Source of the DNA: Octopus vulgaris
Taxonomy: Eukaryota
Direction: 5' to 3'
NCBI GenBank assembly: GCA_951406725.2
Contig: OX597828.1
Location: 75,330,001 to 75,394,000, forward strand
Length of the DNA: 64,000 bases
This document shows, piece after piece, positions 56,931 through 64,000 of the stretch. Every line of letters begins with the position of its first letter. Within the stretch, counting starts at the first letter, position 1. Made by a program: the position numbers and the translations under genes. The notes under the pieces were generated by a model that saw only the letters and a program-made list of their open reading frames with translations, did no database searches and was not told the DNA's origin.

Positions 56931-57792
56931 CAGAGGGAGACAAACAGACAGAGAGAAAGAGACAAAGACAAACAGACAGACACACTAAGAGGTTGTGGTG
57001 GAGAAGTATGGGAAGATGAAGGTGTAAGAGAAAGATAAGTACGGTAACTTTATGATTAAAAGGGAGAAAAAAGTTTATCTTCAACTTCGCGCGGAAAATT
57101 TTCTCTAATTAAAGAAAAATAATAAATGAACATTAATGAAGATAAATAGACAAACAAACAAAAAAAATCAAGCAAAACAGCAAAACGAAAAAAGAATTAC
57201 AGAACCAATATGAAATCAAATAAAAAATATAAATTTTCCAAAACCAAATATGGCGGTGAATGGCGACGTTCTTTAAAGTATTTTTTGTATTTGAATTTCT
57301 AGAAGAAAATGTGATAAATGTGATATCTGTATTGATATCTTTACATTTATCTATTTCCTGAACAATCTATTTTGATACGCTCTTTCTTTCGCGACGTACA
57401 CACATGCTCTATAGACATACCTACAATTCTACACACACACACACAAACATACGCACACTTATACGCACACTTATACACACACAAACGTTCTTTTACTCAC
57501 CAAAGTGAAGAATGCGACACGACGAAGAATAAAAGTAAACAAACAGGAAACAATTAAAAACGCTAACAAATAAATAAACAAACAACAATCAGTTGCCATT
57601 GTTCATTAACTCCACCTTTTATCTACAAATGGCGACGGGGAAAACACACAACCGTCTTCTTCTTTGTTCTCCATCGTGTGGCTGCTGTTGTGCTTGTAGT
57701 TATTATTATCATTATTATTATTAATATTATTATTATTGTTGTTGTTGTTGTTATTATTATTACTATTACTATTATTATTATTATCATTATTA

Positions 57793-57833
<41 letters not shown>

Positions 57834-58520
57834 GAGTGAGAGAGCAGTTCATGCCATCAAAGTGACACTGGGGTAAAATATATGAAGCCCAATATACCCA
57901 TCATGACTACCCGTCTGATAAAGGTACACCAGGCACATGCATCACAACCATATGTGCGCGACATGGTGATCTCATATCAAGATAAACAGCACATGACCTT
58001 GCAGGTGGGGCTCAGTTAGAATTTTCTTCAGGTTGAGTAGCCCATCCCGCTCAAACGGTCCCTGAATAAGGGTTGTTTAAGGATGTTGAAAGAACCACCC
58101 ATGTTTCCAGAGGTGAACTATTCAAACCCCAAAGAATCCCTCTCAACACATGGCTATGATGCTCCCCCACTACTTCTGCTCGTGATCAGAGATGCACATA
58201 TCGTCAGCCACTAAGGGACATGCTCAACTGGTTAAGGTCAAACAACTGACAAGCAAATCTGTGGTATTGAGCAGAATATTTGCTGTAGCCCATCTTTTAT
58301 ACCAAGACAAAACAATGTACATGATAACACTTCCAATCAGTTAAGATCAGAAGCCATGAGAGCCACTGCCTGGTACTGCATCAGGGCATTGTGGTATTGA
58401 GCAGAATATTTGCTGTAGCCCATCTTTTATACCAAGACAAAACAATGTACATGATAACACTTCCAATCAGTTAAGATCAGAAGCCATGAGAGCCACTGCC
58501 TGGTACTGCATCAGGGCATT
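57834..58520 (-). mobile_element. Non-autonomous retroelement inside (TAA)n, with 130-bp tandem duplication of one end
   Basis: (ATT)n on both sides; 58261-58390 repeated at 58391-58520; other end shared with 32190-32334; no long ORF. Confidence 0.85.
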
Positions 58521-58749
58521 ATTATTATTATTATTATCATCATTTTACCAAGTATCTTTATCTGAATACACATGTATAGCATATATGCTTCCATGTGCAT
58601 ATACATATATATATAACCTCTAATTATGCGTTTATAAATATGCACACACATATATTTCTGGATATATGTTAAAGAGAAAGCTGGTTGCCTACGACTTTAA
58701 TTCTCCTGCCTTTTGAGCTTTTGTCAAATGGCTATTTATGATTCCGGTG

Positions 58750-58885
58750 AAAATGGTATTTATTGTGTTGACCTTGGAGGGATGAAAAGCAAAGTCAACC
58801 TTGGTGGAAGTTGAGCACAGAACGTAAAACGGACAAAATGCCGCAAACCGTTTTGTCCGGCATGCCATGCCAGTGACTATTCCAA
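58750..58885 (-). mobile_element. SINE family C, degenerate
   Basis: ggatgaaaagcaaagtcaacctt...cagaacgtaaaacggac. Confidence 0.7.
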
Positions 58886-59163
58886 CTTGTCACCTTCCAA
58901 TGGCCACACACACACACACACGCACACACGCACACACACACACACACACACGCGCACACACGCACACACAAAAACACACTCACACTCACACACACACATA
59001 AATGCTACTATTTTGCATATTGGTTAATTTAGAGATCGATATGAAAAGGAAACGGATGTAAATTTGAGTGTTATACAGGCAGACATATTGATTTAACCAG
59101 ATCGAGGAGAATGGATGTGGAAATGGGAACAAGGTAAAGGTACAGTTCCTTTATACTCTATGC

Positions 59164-59381
59164 TTACTGGTCAGATCGACTGTACGATTACTGGTCAGAT
59201 CGACTGTACGGTTACTGGTCAGATCGACTGTACGATTACTGGTCAGGTCGACTGTACGGTTACTGGTCAGATCGACTATACGGTTACTGGTCAGATCGAC
59301 TGTACGGTTACTGGTCAGATCGACTGTACGGTTACTGGTCAGATCGACTGTACGGTTACTGGTCAGATCGACTATATGATT
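59164..59381. repeat. 24-bp minisatellite (TTACTGGTCAGATCGACTGTACGG)x9
   Basis: Nine contiguous units with no spacers. Confidence 0.97.
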
Positions 59382-60236
59382 ATAGTTGGGTTACCTTCCT
59401 GGAGCGTGCAACACGTTGCTTACTTGAGTAAGACACCTCATTTCATGTTAGTCCAGCCTTCTCAGCTGGAGGTGAGGACCAGTCGAGTACTGTTGCATCC
59501 CCCCCTCTCTCTATCTTCAGCTGTATCATCCTGAATGTGCTACTCGATGAAAGTGCGATAGACACGAGACATCAATGTCTACTCATAACTATACAGTTAT
59601 CTATAACAAGTAACGAAAGCATGGTGTATACTACCGAATAGTTTAGAATCAGCAACCACCCATATACATGAGTGATAGCTGACTTTAAACTGCTAATGTT
59701 TAGGTCATTAGAGAAACTGTATTCAAAACAAAATCTGATAAACAATGCCAATAAAAACTATGTCAGGCTGTCCAAAGGTAAAAGGAGAACGATTGCTTTG
59801 AGTTTGATGTGCTTAGGGAATAATTAATCGTACCGTAACATAGAATTATAACAAGAGAAAACATAAAAGTAAATAATTAAAATTATATAAACGATATTGA
59901 TTATATTAATTAGGTAGAGTGATTTATTATAAAAACGCAACAAAATAATACTTCAATATTCCAAGTGAATATTAACAAATACAAAATAAAATAAACCCAT
60001 AAAGATCTGAATCTAATGAAATAGAGAAAGATTTAAGGTAAAATATTCTAAAGTTTGCATTATTGAAGAGGAAAAAGATAATGTCAGAGTGGACATAATT
60101 GAATAATTAAAATCGGCTGAAGATATTCAAAGGAGAGGTAAATGGTCTTTTCTCCATCTGAAGATAAACATTAATTAAAATACTTTGTTCCTTCGTCAGT
60201 CTCGTTAGACCAAACTTCCACAGTAAGGAAACTTAC

Positions 60237-60564
60237 CCCAGCCAAGAACCTGGATAAAATTCGACTTGTGGGGACCCAGGAGTTACCCATGCATGCAAGA
60301 TTCCTTTCTCTAAGCCATTTATCCAAGCGAAAGACAAAATTGACACCGCGTGACATGAATGAAGAGCCAAGAGTAATACTCTGCGTATTACTCGCCTCGT
60401 AGATAAAATCACAACAATAACAATAAGCGGCGCGAATAGAGTGTAGTCATAGTCAAAACAGACGCGAACATTAATATCACTACGATAAATCAAATATTTA
60501 TGTTGCATCGGCATAGAAACATCTCAAAGTGGGTTGTTTCTCAAAACTTCTCAGGTAGGAACAT
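60237..60564 (-). other. Candidate exon of an unidentified host transcript
   Basis: Acceptor tttgctttggtttag and consensus donor GG|GTAAGT (60231-60236) around unique sequence; the acceptor choice is uncertain. Confidence 0.3.
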
Positions 60565-60601
60565 CTAAACCAAAGCAAATCATTCCAGAGAGGACAAATA
60601 A

Positions 60602-60688
<87 letters not shown>

Positions 60689-61058
60689 TATATAAGTGCG
60701 CATAAACATAAACACGCATAGAAATGTACTTAAAAAATAATCAAAGCAGGAAGCATAAAGGAATTTCTATTCTTCCCGCCTAAATTCCTTTACCAATTAA
60801 ATATATATCTATACAATATTTATGGCAGAAGGTCTTCTAAGGAAAGTAATTCGACCTGCCAAAAGTAGCGTAGGAATCAATCTCCGTTAAACATCTCGCT
60901 AGAATCTTTGAAAAACGAGATGGCCATAGTTTCGAAATGTTCTTATCGTACGACAACATGGCTGACAATAAATACTACATCTACAACAACATGGCAGCGG
61001 GCGGGAGCTATAAATGTCTGACTATTGAATAATTCTGCAATCAATCACGTCTTTCACA

Positions 61059-61124
<66 letters not shown>

Positions 61125-61403
61125 GTGTTTATATACATACATACAAACAAAAACACAAGCATTCCTGCACGTCTTTGTGAATTGTGTGGCATACAGCGCA
61201 GTTCCGAGGATTTCTACACAAAGACAGCTACGACGAAGAAGATGACAAACACTTCGGTAGACAGAAACAGGAAAAAACAACAGCAAGAACATCAACAATA
61301 TCTCCGACAAATACATATAGCAATACGTACACACAGCCACAGCAACTCATAGATGGCAGATTAAGTGTATATGTGCCTGTATGTATGTGTATGTATACAT
61401 ACA

Positions 61404-61453
<50 letters not shown>

Positions 61454-61510
61454 AAATATGAAATATGTTTCTCCTATTTCTAGATACAAACTTCCGTATA
61501 CTGTTCTGTA

Positions 61511-61591
<81 letters not shown>

Positions 61592-61771
61592 CTGTGTGTG
61601 TGTGTGTTGAGGCATACAACACATACATTTTCTTAATGTATGAGGATTTTATTCAAGACCAAAGAAACAAATAGATTTCTTATATCCAAGATTCATAATT
61701 CTCAACATTTTCATCTCCGAATATAATAACTCGTGTCTGGCTCAAATATTAGTATTTATTAGTATATAATT

Positions 61772-61806
<35 letters not shown>

Positions 61807-62248
61807 ATATATACTCACATATATATACACATATATATACACATATATATATGCATATATATATACATATATATATATACACACACGCATAAATATATAG
61901 AGATATGCGTGCGTGTATATGTGTGTTTGTGTATCCTAGTATTATGACTGCCATTGTATATATATTATGTATACACCATACACGTGTATGTGTCTTGTAT
62001 ATATGCATATTTAATATATATTAGTATATGTATTTTGAATATGTATGTCGAAGTAGTATATGAATATATATGTGTATGTATGCTTTTTTTTTATCTCACT
62101 CGCCTTGTGTGTGCGTTTGTGAGTTTGTGTATGTGTATATATATACACACACACACATCACATACATTTACATATACATATATATATTATTATATTTCTA
62201 ATACTATATATAACTCTCACACATTGTGCGTGCAAAAGCGTAGCAATA

Positions 62249-62298
<50 letters not shown>

Positions 62299-62706
62299 TT
62301 CACGTAGAAATATATGTATGTGTGGATGTGTATCAGTGTATGTGTTTGTCTGTGTGTTTCTGAGTATATGTAGATGTGTGTGTTTTTCTTCTTCATAATC
62401 GAAAATAATATCTCCCGAGTCTTTACACCACCAACATTACTACATTAGTAAATAAAGGTAATTATTTATCGGATTAACTTCACCTCAAACATGATTTAAT
62501 ATCCCAAAAGCAATAATATTTCGCTTATGAGTTCGTCTTTGAAACTTTCACTCTGATCTTTCTGTTTAACTGGTTTCTTTTTATGAATTTCACGCGTGAA
62601 AGACAAAGAAATTGTAACATCATTGGTTGTGTGTTGGAGTAAGGGAGGGGTGTGCTTCTGTAGTCGTGTCTGCGTATGTGTCTATTTATGTATATATATA
62701 TATACA

Positions 62707-62739
<33 letters not shown>

Positions 62740-63055
62740 CTGTGGAGATTTCATTGTATATTACGCTCTATAGGGAGTCGAGATATAATATTCTTTGGAA
62801 CTAATTCAGATGGTTTCAACCAGCTTTCCTTCGAATCTATTTTGGCAGCGCTAGCTTCGCAATCATTGCAAACAATGATGAAAATATTGTAGATGAATTA
62901 CTATTCTGTACGGATTAAGCCTGATATAACTTCACAGTGTCCCTTGTCTGTTTGTGTGTCGATGTGAATTCGCAGGTGGTCACGTCATTAGCGTACATGG
63001 TGTTGTTGTTGTTGGTTGGCCCCAAGTTAACTCCGGTTTCGTCATTAATATATAC

Positions 63056-63348
<293 letters not shown>

Positions 63349-63728
63349 TGGGGTTTTGTTTTTGACGACGGGGTTTTCTTTGACAAGGCATGATTAGACG
63401 AACACACGCACACATAAAATATTTTTCTGCCGCCCGACGGATCTTACAGCAGTGACCATTGTGTAGAGCTGTTTACCAACTGACAGCCGCGCGATCAAAC
63501 GCACACACGTACACATAAAATGTTTTCTACCCCTTGACGGATTTCTCGGCAGTGACCAGAATGTAGCGCTTCTTGCCAACTTGCGCCCGTACACATATAT
63601 AGAACAGTAAACACACACATGTCTCTAAGTAGTTTTTGTGTCGCCCCATATAATACATCTAATATTCTTTAAATAGTCAGAACTTTACTCTCGGTCACAA
63701 AGAACATCTACACACCCCATGCCCTCAC

Positions 63729-63898
63729 CCACCGAAATGACCGCTGCCTGACCCGTTAAAATCTTCAACGCACCCACCACCCGTTTTCAGCATACACTGA
63801 TAAACAGTTTGGCCATGGGCTCTTAGGAGCCTAGTTCGATTTGTTTTGCTCCGCCTCTGTTCTGTTTTTGTTTTTTCCAACGGATTTCCTATTTCTTC
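63729..63898 (-). other. Candidate 170-bp exon
   Basis: Acceptor tgtctttctcttcag, donor GG|GTGAGG, one open frame (EEIGNPLE...SGHFG), higher GC than flanks. Confidence 0.45.
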
Positions 63899-64000
63899 CT
63901 GAAGAGAAAGACACAATATGGTCTCATTATTCAATCGGAATTTGGTAAGTTGTGCCTTTCGAAACACGTGTAGAATGAAATAAAACGATTTATGTTCAGT

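Noticed and set aside
59164-59381. CRISPR array
   Set aside because: Repeats are contiguous with no unique spacers, and there are no cas genes.

Overview
AT-rich, repeat-saturated eukaryotic DNA that looks intronic or intergenic. The SINE families and the microsatellite load suggest an octopus (coleoid cephalopod) genome; this is inference from recalled repeat sequences, not a database hit. No complete protein-coding gene is supported, and nearly all listed ORFs are translations of microsatellites, including the 1941-aa ORF. The window contains: a 5.8-kb 16-bp minisatellite; more than 25 copies of three or four tRNA-derived SINE families, several with target-site duplications; decayed R4/Dong-like, RTE-like and L1/Tx1-like LINE remnants; a (TAA)n-embedded non-autonomous retroelement; a U2 snRNA pseudogene; and several Penelope/retrozyme-type repeats with hammerhead ribozyme motifs. 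The strongest lead is a 645-bp tandem unit in which each copy carries a type I hammerhead-like fold with a greatly extended stem II, next to a 41-bp inverted segment (candidate retrozyme or Penelope pseudo-LTR). Other leads are a near-perfect recursive-splicing (ratchet point) motif with candidate minus-strand exons, implying a host gene with a very long intron, and a 174-bp foldback palindrome.
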